NCBI RefSeq assembly: GCF_036321535.1
Contig: NC_087437.1
Location: 36,272,001-36,336,000 of the forward strand
DNA: 64,000 bases
DNA from: Camelus dromedarius
Taxonomy: Eukaryota
Reading direction: 5' to 3'
The notes beneath the pieces were generated by a model, which worked only from the letters and a program-made list of their open reading frames with translations, was not told the DNA's origin and did no database searches. Of this stretch, positions 23,771 through 38,500 are shown piece after piece. Position 1 is the first letter of the stretch; every line of letters begins with the position of its first letter. A program made the position numbers and the translations under genes.

Positions 23771-24284
23771 TGCCTTAGTTTTCATGTGGCTGCCTTACCA
23801 AATAACCACCAATTTGGCAGCTTAAAACAACATAAACTTATTCTCTTGCAGATCTGTAAGCCAGAATTCTGAAATCAGGATGTTAGCAGGGCCACACTTG
23901 CTGCAAGGGCTCCAAGGGAGAATCGATTCCATGCTTCTTAGATTTAGGGTGCAGCCAGGCATCACTGGCATTCCTTGGCTTCTGGCTGCATCACTCCAAT
24001 CTCTGCCTCCATCTTTGTATCATCTTTTCCTCTGTAAATGTCCTTTATTTTGTGAGTCTGTCCCCAAACTCCTTCCTCTTTTCTTTTACATGGATAATGT
24101 GGTTGCATTTAGGATCCACCTAGATAATCTCCGGAAAGCCCATCCTCTCAAGATTCTTAATTTAATCACATCTTTTGCCATACAAGGTAATATTCACTCT
24201 TTCTGCTATAATAAGATAATAGATACAGGTTCTGGATTAGAATCTGGACATATCTTTTGGAGGACCAACATTTAGCCTACCACA
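23771..24284 (-). mobile_element. MaLR solo LTR (MLT1D/E-like)
   Basis: gcttaaaacaacataaacttattctc...tggctgcatcactccaatctctgcctcc...gcctaccaca; perfect 5-bp TSD ttcct at 23766-23770 and 24285-24289. Confidence 0.9.
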
Positions 24285-24316
24285 TTCCTCATCTATTGCT
24301 GTCTTTAGTCTAAAAG

Positions 24317-24497
24317 CAAAATTTCTCAACTTTGTGAATTGAAATTGCCCAGGGAGCTATAAAAAGTCCTGATGCCAGAGTTCCTCCCCAGGAATACCAA
24401 TACAAGTAATTAGGGAATGGCCTGGACATTAAGGATCTTCAGTCTCCCCCACTGATTGGATAAGATGGAAACTTAGCCAATGTTGAGAAACATTGAA
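24317..24497. mobile_element. MER5A-like hAT-Charlie MITE
   Basis: Termini tttctcaac ... gttgagaaacattg; internal cctgatgcc...ggcctggacat. Confidence 0.6.
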
Positions 24498-24849
24498 TTA
24501 GGTAACAGCTTACAATTCTCTAGGGATTGTCAATTAAAGACAACTTTGAAAAGAGGAATTATAGAAAAGGATTTTCAGTGTTTAATTTTAGCAATTTACA
24601 TTAGTATTTATATTATAGAAAATCTGGGGACTAGAGATGGGGGTATTCTGAGTACACAGTTACACAGTTGGCTGAATTAACACCAGTCTATCTGCTAGAG
24701 TTTCTAGATTCACTATGGTAGCATAAACAGCTGTGAGTGGGCCACAACATTGATCAGGTGGCACTGATAGCCAATGATCAATTTAATGAAAATGCCAACA
24801 AATCCAAGTACTATGTTGAGAAATAAATTGAAACAATTTTGACAGAAAG

Positions 24850-25260
24850 GAAAATGCTGGAGTGAATTTAACATGGCCCACACTCTTCCTAAATATCCCC
24901 TGGCAAGGCCCAGAGGACAATCCCTCCAAGGGCAAGGTGTAAAATTTGCGGAGTCATGTCATTATCTTTGACAAGTGATTTTGTGGCAATTTTGTATAGA
25001 CTATAGATGATGATAGAAGTTTCTGTAGTTGAAATGGATTCACTTCAACTGCAATCAAGGGAATTAGAGGACCCCAAAAGAGGTAAAGATCAAATAGTGA
25101 CATATAGCATGAGGGGCAAAGTGGATGTGGTTGCCAGGATAAATTGCAGAGCTGGCAGAGTCAGCAAAATGGTCTGTCCTAAGGGGTTTTTATAAGTTCA
25201 TTCTAATTGTTCTTGACCCTGAGGACTAAAATACTAGGCAGCCTCCCAGAGGTCGTCTTC
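24850..25260 (+). mobile_element. Possible MaLR/ERVL internal (gag-like) remnant
   Basis: ggcccagaggacaatccc...gaaatggattcact...aggtaaagatcaaatagtgacat resemble MLT/ERVL internal text. Confidence 0.35.
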
Positions 25261-26709
25261 ATTTTAACTACACATTAATTTTTGGTTGCAAAACTGAAAA
25301 ATACATTTGTATGTGTATTTGTACATATGTATATGCATATGTGTATGTGTGTATGTACGTATATATGTGTGTGTGAGTTTATGTGTGTGTGTGTGTTTCA
25401 GTGTGTTTATATATGTAAAACAAGAATCTGTAAACAAATTTTGAGTCATAGTGCCAAACTCATTTCCCAGAAATGTGTGAATTCAAAGACTCAGAATTCA
25501 CTGAATGGAAGGGAGATTATACCCTGTGAAACACTCCTATAATAATTTCTGATATGTGGACTTTGGTTTTCCTTTTAGCCTTTTCTCAATGGGGCGAAGA
25601 GACATTCTTCAGGGTAACTATAACTAGGGAGAGAAAAAATCCGGGTTCTGTGGAAATAATGCCAACAGTGGTCCTCCCTCACCAGCAGCAGTGATGACAA
25701 CATTCCAACCTGACATTTATTTTATCATGATTTGTTTGTGGATCAGGCTATCTGGCTGCATTTTGTTCCTGTTCATTTCCCAATCATTGCTTGAGCTATG
25801 CTGATATTTGAGCTATGTTTTATATGAAATTCATTACTGCTAGGTTAATTAGAGTTGATTTCTATAAATAAGAAACTTGAGTTATGTAAAGTTTCTACTG
25901 AGTCTCTAAACACAAGCACAAGGGTTATATTTCATTCAGTTTGTGTGTAGTGCCCTGTTATAGTCATGTTTCAATAATACATTTTTGCTAAATAAGAGAA
26001 TAAATTATTAGTAAACTAGTAAACTGATGGGTGAATTAAATTAATTGATTAAAAATATTTGGTATTGCATTATCTTCTGAAATGCCTAAGAATTTTCTAC
26101 TGTAGAACTTCTTATTTATTCATAACTTATATTTTATCCAAATGAGTTATATTTGGCAGGCAAAAAGGCAGCATACATAATTCAAAGCTAAAAATATTTT
26201 TATTATTAAAAATAATAAATTTATTTTATATAATTTTGTAAAACAATATATTTTTATATATATATATATTTTGCAGAGTATGAGATTACTTGAAATACAT
26301 ACCTCACCTATTAGAGGAAATCTTTATAGTTTGTGGTTTGGTTCCTGAAAGTTTCATGTTTTGTTTTTTTCCTAATTTGTATGCCATAAAGCCTAAAAAC
26401 CCAATTTTATAATTTTTGCCTTCTCTATTTTATACAGAGACACACAAATGATATGTATTTGATGTATTTTTGTAACTGTAGCAGAGTGCATAATTTGTTA
26501 CTGCAAAGCTACAACATCTTAGGCAGCTAAAATCACTGGTGTGAGTACCAGTGTGTGAACATGATGGAAAAACCTCCTGATTTTGATATTATAAAAGCTT
26601 TAAATAATGTCTTGAAGAATATAAAAGCATTTTTATACCAAAAATCTCACTTATTTGACAAATAGGAGTATATGAACTTGCCTCAAATATCTTATTGACT
26701 CATATAGAT

Positions 26710-28325
26710 TCATCATTACAGTGGGTTTGATTTTTTTATCATTTCATTTTGATCCTTAGAGTTTCCATCTCTCTGTTTACATGACACATACGTACTTGAA
26801 AATTGACTACCTCTTACATTTAGAGTTCTTAATATAGTAACAGTTATTTGACACTGTCTGATAATTCCAAAATTTGTGTCATATCTGAATCCAGTTCTGA
26901 TGCTCACTTTGTGTCTTCAGGCTTTGCTTTTTCCTGACATTTTTCAGGGCATGTAATTTTTGGTTGAGAGCTGGACATGACATAGCAAGCAATAGGAACT
27001 GAGGTAAATAGACATTTAGTGTGAGTTTTATATGAATCTGGTTAGGAGTTGAGTTATGTTTAATGTTTGCTGTAACAGGAGGTGTCAGGGGCTTCAAATT
27101 TTTGTCTTCCTTGCTGTCTTCGTGTTTCTCTAAGACCTTCTTCCTAAAGATAGTTTGTGCCTTCATCATTTCCAGTTATAATTCTGTTATTATATTTAAA
27201 GCCCTGTTGAAGTGGTGGTAGGGAATTGGGAAGCTAATTATTCTTTTATTCCTTTTTTTTTTAATTGAACTATAGTCAGTTACAATCAGTTAGTCTCTGG
27301 TGTACAGCATAATGTCTCAGTCATACATATGCATACATATATTCATTTTCATATTCTTTTTCATTAAAGGTTATTATAAGATATTGGATATAGTTCCCTA
27401 TGCTATACAGAAGAAAGTGTATTTTATCTATTTTTATATATAGTAGTTAATATTTGCAAATCTCGAACTCCCAAATTTATCCCTTCCTACCCTCTTTCCT
27501 TCCTGTAACCATAAGATTGTTTACTATGTCTGCGAGTCTGTTTCTGTTTTGTAGATGAGTTCATTAGTGTCTTCTTTTTTCTTTTTTTAAGATTCTACAT
27601 ATGAGTGATATCATATGGTATTTTTCTTTCTCTTTCTGGCTTACTTCACTTAAATTCTATTATCTTTTGATTAAATCTTAGTCTTTTAATGGGCCTGGGT
27701 AGCTAGACTGTGACCTTCACAAGTGTTTCTTACAAAAAATAAAAAACAAATGTTTCTTATCTTTTTTGTTTTCCTCTCACCCTTATGTGAGATATTAAGG
27801 CTAGTGAGTGCTTATGTTAAGTAATTATGCCTCTATCTATATGGGATAAGGCTTTGGTAAAGCTTTTTCCCTGAAGAGGAGGCCTTTTATGGACTGCACA
27901 CAAGGCACATTTCACAACAGCTATTTTATCTTGCGTTGAAGATAGGAGGTGAATTTTCTTAGCTCCTCAGTATGAGAAACTTGTGGGTTCCTGAAGTTAA
28001 AACTCCAAAAAGTATGACAGCCCCTATGAGACTGCATCCCTCCAAGAGTTTCTCATTCTCAAGAGTCCACACTTGGCCTCCAGCAATTAATCAACATGAT
28101 CATCTACATGTTCTACCAGTTTACGGCTCTGGCAGCTTCTGCTCCACATTAGCTGTTTCTCTACAGTAGCCCATCTCGCCAGATTTTGAGGTGGTGATTT
28201 ACCTTGTAACTTCAATTTTCTGATGAGTCTAAGAAAAACAATGATTTTCAGTTTGGCCAGCTTTTTATCTTGTGCCCATGGGACTTGTAAGCTCTTTACA
28301 TGTCATAGCTGAACTACAAGTCCCA
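26710..28325 (-). mobile_element. Old LINE-1 5' region (L1M-type), split by a younger L1 3' end
   Basis: tgtctgataattccaaaatttgtgtcatatctgaatccagttctgatgct is typical antisense L1M 5'/ORF1-start text. Confidence 0.6.
27253..27652 (-). mobile_element. LINE-1 3' end (short truncated insertion)
   Basis: Poly-T head, antisense 3'UTR related to 11530-11860, ends tttctttctctttctggcttacttcact ([10 protein letters not shown] antisense). Confidence 0.9.
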
Positions 28326-29629
28326 TCTTTATGGTTGATCTCATGAAAATAAAACAGTACTCAGCAAATAAAAGATAGTTAAGTATGTGGGATACATAGA
28401 TAGTTGCCCTAATGAAAGAAGTGAGAAGTAGTAGAAAATGAAGTTTGAAAGTGATGTAAGAGATAATAATAGGGTTCAGTAGAGAATAGGGTACGAGAGA
28501 ATAAAAGTTGCAAGTAGAACAGGTATCAGCACTGTAACTTCTAAAAATAAATGAACCAAAGGGATAAAAAAAAGTGTATATAATATAGTGTGTATATGTA
28601 TATATGAGGAAAGAGGCCTTAAGGAGCCTATGTTATAGGAGATCTTGAAATTAGGACAACTACCAGCTTATTTTTGACATCTCATTCACAGTGATTCAAC
28701 AACCCCAATGAGCCCATATAATTAGTGTTTAAAAAATAGTTGTTGCTTAGAGTAAATTTGTTAGATTAATGTCATATTATTTCCATTTTAATCAGTTACC
28801 TAGAAGATTCACTTTAATTTATTTAACAAATAATTATTAAACACACCCTATACATTGGAGATAAACAGGTAATTGAGAAAATGTCAAATGATTATTTTAA
28901 ATAGATTTAAATAATCTTGAATAAATTCCTTTTTAATTGTTTTATTGCAAGAAAATTACATGTAACTACAAATGATATTTGAAAGCTCACATCAGATCTT
29001 TTATATTAATACAATTTTATCCCTATCAAGACTGTGATATTAATCATATAAACCTGTGGCAAATATTTCTTTAAGAGACAGAAACATATGTACCTAGTAA
29101 GAATTTTGTTAAGGCAATACACAAATATAACAGAATATGCATTTAAGACCTTCAAACAAAAATGAAGATGATATTATGTTATTCTGATTTGTGATTTGCA
29201 AATTATTTACTTTAAACATATTTTATGTATGGTACATATGAATAGTCTTATCTTTCCACGATCATAAACATATTCCATGTTTACCCACAATAAAATGTAT
29301 ACATTTTAAGATGAATTAAAAATATCAAGATACTTAAAACACTACAAATCAAAAACCAAGATGAAAACTGTTTTCTTAATTATGGCATGAATTAATCATG
29401 ATTTTATAAATGTGAGATACAACACTATAAAACACAATAACAGTATGTCCTGTTTAGTTCTAGTGATTAACATTTACTTTTTCAGTGTTCATTTGATTTG
29501 CATTGGGATGATAGAGAATTTTCAGTTCCTTTTAAATGCCAATGGATTGAAAATAGCTGAGAATCACAATTTAGAGGAGGAAAATCATACACTAAAATTT
29601 AATAAACTAAGCATGCCTATAACTAAAAA

Positions 29630-29975
29630 CTTTAGGAGGTTTTATGCTAAGTGAAATAAGTCAGAGAAAGACAAATACTGTATGATACCACTTACACGTG
29701 GAATCTAAAAAATACAACAAACTAACGAATATAACAACAACAAAAAAAGAAGCAGACTCACAGATATAGAGAACGAAGTAGTGGTTACCAGTTGTGGCGG
29801 GGAGAGGGACAATATAGGAGTCGGGGAGTGGGAGTTACAAACAAATAGGTGGAAGACAGGCTATAAGGATGTATTCTATAGCACAGGGAATACAGCCAAT
29901 ATTTTGAAATAACTGCAAATGGACTGTAACCTTTAAAAAAGTTGTTTAAAATTGTATAACATTTTAAAAATTAAT
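29630..29975 (+). mobile_element. LINE-1 3' end fragment
   Basis: tatgctaagtgaaataagtcagagaaagacaaatactgtatgat...gtggttaccag...gcacagggaatacagccaatatttt. Confidence 0.85.
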
Positions 29976-31482
29976 TTAAAGACAGTAAAAGGAAGATTAA
30001 TAGGTTTGGCTACAACAAAATTAATATAAAGCAGCAATAAACACAATTGTACGTAAAAGAATGTTTTCAAGTCCTGAAATACAGTGTTAATATAACTAAT
30101 ACATTGAGCACTTCCAGATCAACAAGAAAAAAAGATGACTATCCCCCAAAATAAGTGGGTAAAATGTATAAACAAGCATTTTATAAGATAAGTAATGATG
30201 GTAAACAAATGTAAAAAAATCACATTGGCTTGTGTTGGCAATGAAAGAAATTAAAAACTGAAAAAAAAAAAAGGTGTAAAGTTTTTCTCCATTTAGACTG
30301 GAATGATTAACAAAATTTTCAGTCCCAAGTCTAAATGAGCATGTGGAGAAATAAATATTTTTATACACACATGAATATGAGTCATTATAAATTTCTGGAG
30401 ACCACTATTGCTATAAATCTGACTATTTAAAAAATACGTATCAGTTGACCCACATGTCATACTTCTAGTAATTATTCCACAGAGTTAATAAAATAATAGT
30501 GATAATGCACGGAAGGGCATGCCAAGATTTTGCCATCACAGCAGTTGTCATAGTAACAAAACAACATAAAACAAAAAACTAAATATTTCTAGACATCATT
30601 AATAAGGACATTCTAAAATAAAGTAAAATAACATATACTCATAATATGCATTACTTAAAATTCATAAAAACTGGAACTATGCTTTTGTAAATCAATCTAT
30701 CACTTATGTATTTTTCTGAGGTAGAAGCTTGAATGTTGTAAACATATTACTGTATGATTTTCTGTGCATATTATATGTTTACTTTAGTTTGCTCTATTTG
30801 TTAAGGCTCTTTGAGTGACAAACAGATGGGAATCTAACTAAAAGTAAATCATGCCACAAGGTACTATATTTGATAGTATACAAGGAAGTCCCAAACTTTC
30901 AGTTTTGGTTTGATCCAGCAGTTTAATAACATTTTCATGGGCCCAGATTTTTATCGTGATTTTATTTTCCCTTTTACTTTGTCAAATTCATTCTAGAACC
31001 TTTTCTATTTTGGTTGTAGAATGGCTGCCAATTGCAATCAGTGCTACATTCATCTTTCTCGTGTCTATCTATACTGGTTTACAAATGGCTCACTATCTTA
31101 AAATCAAAGAGAAACTTTCCTAGAATTGTAAGCAGACTTTTAAAAAATTATATTGTATACATCCTTCCTTGATGATTCCCTGGAAATGTAGATGGGGTCA
31201 CTTTCATATCATTCATACCCCAAATTGAAGCTGAGTGTCATATCAGTCTCTCTTATGGCACATGACTGCGGAGGAAAGGGTAGATTCAGCCTTCAAAAAG
31301 GATTCTGTAACTAAAACTGATGCTAGATTAGTAATAAAGTTTACATATTACATGAGCATGGAGAGAAATATCCAAAAGCATGCTCATCAAAATGTTAACA
31401 AGTAGTTATCACTAGATGCTTGAATATTTAATAAAGAAAATGTATTATTTTATAGCCAGATTAAAAATTACTGCTCTAAGGG

Positions 31483-32134
31483 TTTTTTTCCAGCTTTATG
31501 GAAATATAATTGACATATATCATTGTGTAATTTTAAAGTATACAATGCAATGATTTGATATATGAATACATTGTGAAATGATTATCATAATAAAATTGTT
31601 ATAGTAATCATAATAAACTATCATTAATAAGTTAACACATCCATCACCTCATGTAACTACCATTTGTGTGTGTGTGGTAGAAACATTTAAGGTCCACTTT
31701 TTAATTTTCAAGTATACAGCACAGTACTGTTAACTACAGTCACCATGCTGTACATTAAATCCTCAGAACTTATTCATCTTGTAACTAGAAGTTTGTAAAC
31801 TTTGACCAGCATCTCCCCATTTCCCCTGCCCCCCGCACCCCCAGAAGCCTAGCAACCACCAATCTACTCTCTGTTTCTATGATATTGACTCTTTTGGATT
31901 TCACATGTAAGTGAGGTCATACATTATTTGCCTTTATGTGATTTATTTCACTTAGCATAATGTCCTCTAAGCTCATCATGCAGTCAAAAATGGTTCTTCG
32001 TTTTTACAGCTGAATCATATTTCATATATTCTATGTTTTCTTTATCTATTTATCAGTTAATGGAAACAAGTTGTTTCCAAACTTTGGCTACTGTGAATAA
32101 TACTGCAATGAATGTGAGGGTACAGATAATCTCT
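31483..32134 (-). mobile_element. LINE-1 3' end (L1MA-type)
   Basis: Antisense L1MA 3'UTR; TSD tgctctaag at 31472-31480 and 32135-32143. Confidence 0.88.
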
Positions 32135-32199
32135 TGCTCTAAGTTTTTAAACATTGATTTTATCAGCAAAATATTGCTCAGAAGTTGAACCAAATTTTA

Positions 32200-32690
32200 T
32201 TACCTTTGGTAACCTATTCTGAACTCCTTCATATGTTTGCAAAATTACCTACTTCATGAAATGTGGTGCTAGGCAAAGTTCACCTTCAACTGCAGCAGCA
32301 GGAAAGACCAGATATTTATTTTCTCAGCCTTTCTTACTTAGCAAATCAAACCTTGACTCTTAGGCTTTGAACTGAAATATTGGGATGAAAAACAGCATGG
32401 AGGATGGTGAATTAACTCTGGGTCAGCAGCAAAGGCAATGTCTAATTTCAAGAAATAGCAGTTGCCATAGAACCCATGGGGCTCCCATTATCCAGGGCTG
32501 GCCCTGTCTACAGTGAAGTCAGAAACATAAGTGTTCAGTGGCAGTGACAATGATGTCCTTATCCAAATGATTCCGAAGTTTAGGTTCTCCAGTTTTTCCT
32601 ACGTTACTCTGATTCAGTACATAAACTGCTTTGGCATTTAAACCTGCTCGAAGCAGTACCTGTTTGCAATGAAGAACTGTGACAGATAGA
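32200..32690 (+). mobile_element. Old ERVL-class LTR (LTR33/LTR16-like)
   Basis: ttctcagcctttctt..., aggctttgaact, and 3' end ataaactgcttt...tgtttgcaatgaagaactgtgacagata. Confidence 0.45.
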
Positions 32691-33579
32691 AAACACATGC
32701 AATAAAATGGACACGAGATTTGCTTCATGAGGAAAATATTTACCCTTTATATATCACAATCTAGAAAAGAAATGTATCTCGCATGTGAGCTGGCTCCAGC
32801 ATATCATCGTTTATAACTGCAAAGATTCTCTTATGCTACTCACAGAATTGAGCATAAAAATAGTACCAAATGTTAGTTCTAATTGCGAGAAGGTTTTCAG
32901 TCATTTTGGTTCCTTAGAGAGAACATAATTAGTTCATTAACAAGGGAGCTATCAACTTTCCAAGTATTGACACCATTGCACTTTGGATAAGGCAGTTCAT
33001 AGAACTATCATCTTATGATTAAGAGAGAACTGTAGAAATCCCCAAACCATTGAGGAGATATAGCATTATACTTAGCAAATATAATCCTGTTATACTGGGT
33101 GTGATGTAATTAAACAATAATGCCTTTAGCCACAACTTCCTAAGAAGCCTAGAGATGTTCCATTGGAGGTGCCCACATTTCTCAGCATTGAGAGACTTGT
33201 GTCTGTTGCAAAACTCAAAAAAGGGAGGGTGCTACCTAACAGCAAACTTCTCTGCCTGTAGCCACAGTAGTTGAAAAAATAATTACTTTGATGAAAAATA
33301 TGTGGACACCAAAGGAAAGCCAGCCTTGGTAAACACAGAGTGCATAGGTTTGAGAGAGTGCAAGCGATAAACACAGCAACCAATAGCACAACAAAAGCAA
33401 TCAATGACTTTTCTTAAATGATCAAGCAGAGATTGAGTTCTACAATCAAAAACCTGAAGACTCACTTTTTACATGTTTTTGTTGAGCAAGTGCTCTCAGA
33501 GGGAAAAAAAAAAAAAGAAATGTGATAAGAAAAAGTCAAAAAGAAGCAAGAATTTGATACCCCAGTAGAAATGTCAGAG

Positions 33580-33800
33580 ACACATAATAGTACTTATTGT
33601 GTGCCAGACACCCTTACAAGTGTTTCCGATGTATAAACTTATTTAATCCTCCCCCAAATCCTATGAGGTGTACAATTATTTCCTTTAATTTCCAGATATA
33701 GAAACTGAGGCATAGAGATACTGAATAGCTTGTCCAAGGGCACACAATTAGTAAAGGAAAGAGCTGGCTCTCAGCAGGCACTGTAATTCTAGAGGGTACA
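33580..33800 (-). mobile_element. MIR SINE
   Basis: atttaatcctc...cctatgagg...agaaactgaggcatagaga...gcttgtccaagggcacacaattagtaa. Confidence 0.85.
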
Positions 33801-34226
33801 CTTGACCACTATGTGTAGGACCATAGAAAGACATGAAAAAGCTATAGAAAATTACAGTATGGCGTGAGGACAAAACTAGAAAAGCCGTTTTCAATTTAAG
33901 GAGGCATGAGTCAAAACACATATATAATATATATGTTATCCAGAATTCCATGAGAAAATACATCAATAGTCCTAAAAAGTGAACTACAAATATATCATGA
34001 AATGTGTTTGTTCATTTATAATGCAGCTAGCTGTGAAAACAGTCAGCCCTGGGGGTACCTGTCGAGCATAGTTTCATATAGGAACATCACCATTACAGTA
34101 CACTAACAACAATCATGAGGCAGATTATAAATACACACACACGTACAGTAATTCAAGAAGTGCTAAATGGTGCAATTAGTTTTGTAAGAGTATGACATAA
34201 ATGAAGTCATGCCAAGGGAATTTTTA

Positions 34227-35590
34227 ATTCATTTATTTAATAAGTATTGTTGGAGCACCCACTATGTCCCAAGGACTTGGGATTTCTCAATGAACCAAAA
34301 AAATCAAAATCCCTGCACTTACAGACTTATAGTTTAATAGTTTAATAAGACAGTAGAGAATCAACTTACATATATATATACATAAGGTGATTTTCAAATG
34401 TATGATAAAAAAGTAGATAATGGTAAGGGAATTTGGGTTGAATTTTTTAAGTCATATTTGAGCAAATCATGAAGAAGATGATAGAGAAAGCCATAAAAAT
34501 ATCTGGCCAAATTTTGTCATATTTATGGCAGTGCAAAGGCCCTAGTGCAGGGGGAGAATCTTGTGAGTTCAAGGAGCAGCAGGAAGGTCAGTGCAGCAAA
34601 GTGATCTATGGGGAAGAGGAAAGAAGCTCGAGGAAATAATGGCAGACTGGATCATTCAGGGCCTTATAAGCCTTTTTATGAAATTTAGGCTTTTACTCTT
34701 AAGTGTATGGGTGCCACTGCAGGGTTCTTACTAGAAAACAGATATGAGTGGATGAACATTTTTAAAGACTCATCCTGGCAGTTGTGTTGAGTAAAAAATG
34801 GAGGTGGGGGTACAGGAGGCAATAATAGATGCAGACATGTAATTAGGGACCTATTGTACTAGTTTAGGAAACAAGTTATCATGGTTGTGACCAAGGTGAT
34901 TGTAGTGAAATTTTACCTAGTAAAGAAGTCTAAGCAAATGTGGTAAATAATGTGGGAAGAAAAGCAACTAAGTGTGGTATTCTGGAACCAGGTGAAGAAA
35001 TGAATTACAGAATAGGGAATAATCAACTGCAGCAAATATTGCTGGTAGTGCAAATAAAATGAGGTCCAGAATCTAACCATTGGACTCAACAATATGGAGA
35101 ATACTGACTTTTGTAACAATGGTAATTTGGTTGGAGTACTGGGAGTAAAAGCCAGAAGAGACTGGATTTAAGAGAGTATGAGTAAAAATGAATTGCAGAC
35201 AGCAAACAGAGACAACTCTCTTGAGGAGTATTATTGCAAAATAAAGTGATACCTCACTAAATTATGTGTGGTAAAGAGGTGGTTTTCTTTCTCCTTTTTT
35301 AATGAAAGAAATTAAGGAATGTTTGAATGGTAATAAGAATGATCCAGGAAAAAGGGAAATTTTGATAAAGAAGAGAGAACGAGGAAAACATTTCTGGAGA
35401 AAATATCCTTAGGTAGGCTATTGAGACGGGGGTGGGATTTAGTGCCGCAGAGGGACTGGAATGATATAGGATCAGGTAGAGTTCATCTTTGACAATAGGC
35501 AATGAGGCTATGGAGCTCTGACGATGGTGTTAGACATCTGTGGAAGTTACCTTCTGATTGCTTCAAATTTACAAAGAAGTAAGAAGGAAT
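34227..35590 (-). mobile_element. LINE-2 fragment
   Basis: attcatttatttaataagtattgttggagcacccactatgt; gtgcaaaggccct; aaagactcatcctggcagttgtgttgag. Confidence 0.78.
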
Positions 35591-36697
35591 GCTATTAAAT
35601 GAAAATACATGTATGCTTCTGCGTATGTGGTTGGTAGTGTGTTTGCTTACATGTATAATTGTGTTTTGGGTGAAGAATAGGAAACATGTCATTTTGGTGT
35701 TGAATTTTATTAATATCTGTTAATATGCAGTCTGACAGTATCAAAATTCCTGAATGCTGACATGTGGTAGCTTTCGTTCCTAGCAATATGAAAACATATG
35801 GAAGCCTGTTCCTTAAATTTGAATCAGAGAATAAGAAAATTATTGGGGAGCTTGAAAGTTTACCATTAAATCCTTGACCTTCAGTAATGTTTGTTCAAAC
35901 CATCCCTGGGAAGATGATTGCTATTTTGTTTATAATGATTCAGATTTAGTTATATTTCAGACTGAATCCAGAAAGTTTGCTTTTAAGGTTCACTTATGTA
36001 TCAATCATTTCTATCAGGTTTTAATCACAGATTTTTATACTGTAAATTAAAGTTTGATATGGTATTCCTGCTTATATTTGGATTTTAGGTAGTACACACA
36101 AATGCAGATAAAGAACTTGGAAATCAACAGCTTCTGAGCATTTTATGATAGAGAATATTTACTACTTATGACAAGCAAATATTACAAAATTTAAAATGAA
36201 CCTCCTGAGAGTCCAGTTTTTCCAAGATAAAACCAGATATTCTTAGAAATGACATAGCTATCAGAAATTGTTTACAAAAGTTAAAGAAGAAAATATTTGA
36301 CCTACTATGATTGAGTTTATGTTATTTCAATACAAAACATATAAGTAATAGACATTCAGAATCTTTTTTGCTTATAACTATCTTCACCTATTTGTAACAG
36401 GCATTTTTAGAATTTTTTTACATTTTAATTTACTTAATACCTAGAACTAAATTTATTTAAGAGAACAATACTTCAACACTTTATATACTTGATGTCCAAC
36501 AATATAAATCCTTCATGTTACTTGGTTTTGTATTGAACAATTCTGTGTGTGTCTGTGTGAGTGTGTATGATTACTTTAGATTGGCAATCTGGTGCACTTA
36601 AACACTGAAGCCTTGTTAATGTTAAACATAGATTGACATTTGACTAGGGCAATTTGAGCTATAGAAAATGAATAATATGTTTGAATTGTTCCCTTTA

Positions 36698-36830
36698 TCC
36701 ATTTATTCAGTTAATAAAGAAATATGCATTGGGTACCTATAGCATACCAGGTCCAGTGATAGGTACTGGGATCATTAAAATGAATAAACAAAATCAATCT
36801 CTAACCTCAAGAAAATACATTCTAGCAGAC
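36698..36830 (-). mobile_element. LINE-2 3' end
   Basis: catttattca...ttgggtacctatagcataccagg...ggtactgggatca...tgaataaaca. Confidence 0.6.
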
Positions 36831-38019
36831 AAGTTCTACCACCAGCAGCCCTAAACTAAACCAATTTTCCAAAAGTCTTCTTTGGTTAACAGAGTCAAAA
36901 TTAGTGACTGTGAATGTTCTTATGCAGGTCATTCACTCACCAATACTTCATTGGCACCACCACTTTCTAGTTTTTATACTTAACCTGACCCAGACATTTA
37001 GGCAACCTCCCTAATCCTGATACATGTGTGACTTCAAACCCTGGTATCATACATGAGTACTTTATTTTGGCCATAAATTTTATCTGAGTGTCATTTTATG
37101 GTTTAAAAGGTGCTGTTTATTTTTAAATATTGAAGTTTCTGCATACACAAAAGAGTAATATTTACTCTCTAAATTCTAAGCCAATTGAAAAATGGACACA
37201 GGAGTTACAGGAATAAATCATCAAAGTAAAACCAGATCAGGAAATATGGCTTCGTGTTTAAAGTGGGCTTAGACTTTTCTTCTCCTGAATTAAAATTATC
37301 TTCTAGGCCAAATAAACCACATAGAGGCACCTGCAGGCCTCTCCCAAAGGTGAATTTATACAGATTGTTGTTGACTGATCCTGAGAGAGAGCCACAGGAT
37401 TAATTGTTCTCCTTTAACTTTCTGTTTAATAAATGATTCCAAATGTTTTGGCCATGATGAGAAATAAATAGTAGAGAGGAGTGTTGAAGGTCTCCCCAGC
37501 ACTGGAGAACAGTGCCTCCTTAGACCTGAGCAAGTATAGCTCTGACTCAGACTCCAGCCTCAAGAGGCCTGGCACTTTCCTGGATGTGTCTACATCTACC
37601 TCTGGTGTATGGGATCCACCAGACCCCAGCGGCTATGGCCCTGCAAAATGTAAAGATAGTTCTCATTCTCCTGCCTTTTTTTTTTAAGCCTGAACTTGGT
37701 GCACCATGCATGAATACTGGGGCATTTCACAACACATTATGCACTGTGACCAGAAACAAATGAAAGAAGTTTAGGTAATGATAATGATTTTTATAACCAC
37801 GTATCACTGCAAATGTTTTTTTTTTTAATGTTCTTAATGCAGAGGAGTCCTTCACATGCCACCCCACACCACAATTATCTTAATAGGTACAAACCATCAA
37901 CCTCTACAGTTGAAAATAACTGGTGTATAACCACAGAAAGCTTATCATTTACTTTACTTTGTTAAAAAACAAAGGTGTATCAAACCATACAGGACCACTA
38001 TACAGCCATAATCAAGCTA

Positions 38020-38500
38020 TAGTCCATATCCTGACTGCCTTTACTGATAGGCATTTGTTTGTGCCCATTTCCCCTTGGTCTCCTGTACTACAGCCATGAT
38101 AGTGCTCTTTCTGTTGCATTAGCTGGCAAAGCTCATTCCTGTATTGGTTTCTGTGCTACTTCTTCCACGTAGAAATATCATCCCTTTAGTTTTTGTAGAA
38201 TAGACTCCTTTCTGTCATTATCATTTTAAATTAAATGTGAAGTCCTCAGAGAGACTTTCTCTAATCATGTAAAATGCACCCTGCAATATTTGATTTTCAT
38301 TTTAGCATTTTTCACTGCATTTAATGTTTCTGTGTGTTTATTGTCTCTCTTCTCAGCCTCATCCACTTTAGGGTATACATTCCTTGAGACTACAGGTCTC
38401 AATAATATTATTCAATACTGTAAGCTCTCTCTTTAGAACAGCTGCCATGCATTAGGTACTCCAAGCATATCGGCTGAAAAACTGTTGAGGGAATGAATCA
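38020..38500 (+). mobile_element. LINE-2 3' fragment
   Basis: aaatgtgaagtcctcagagagactttctct; tccttgag; tagaacagctgcc...taggtactc...ttgagggaatgaat. Confidence 0.6.

Noticed and set aside
23413..25542. His/Thr/Tyr- or Cys/Val-rich ORFs
   Set aside because: Translations of (CA/TA/TG)n microsatellites
32519..32728. 69-aa minus-strand ORF with an acceptor-like site
   Set aside because: No recognisable protein; overlaps the 3' end of a probable old LTR
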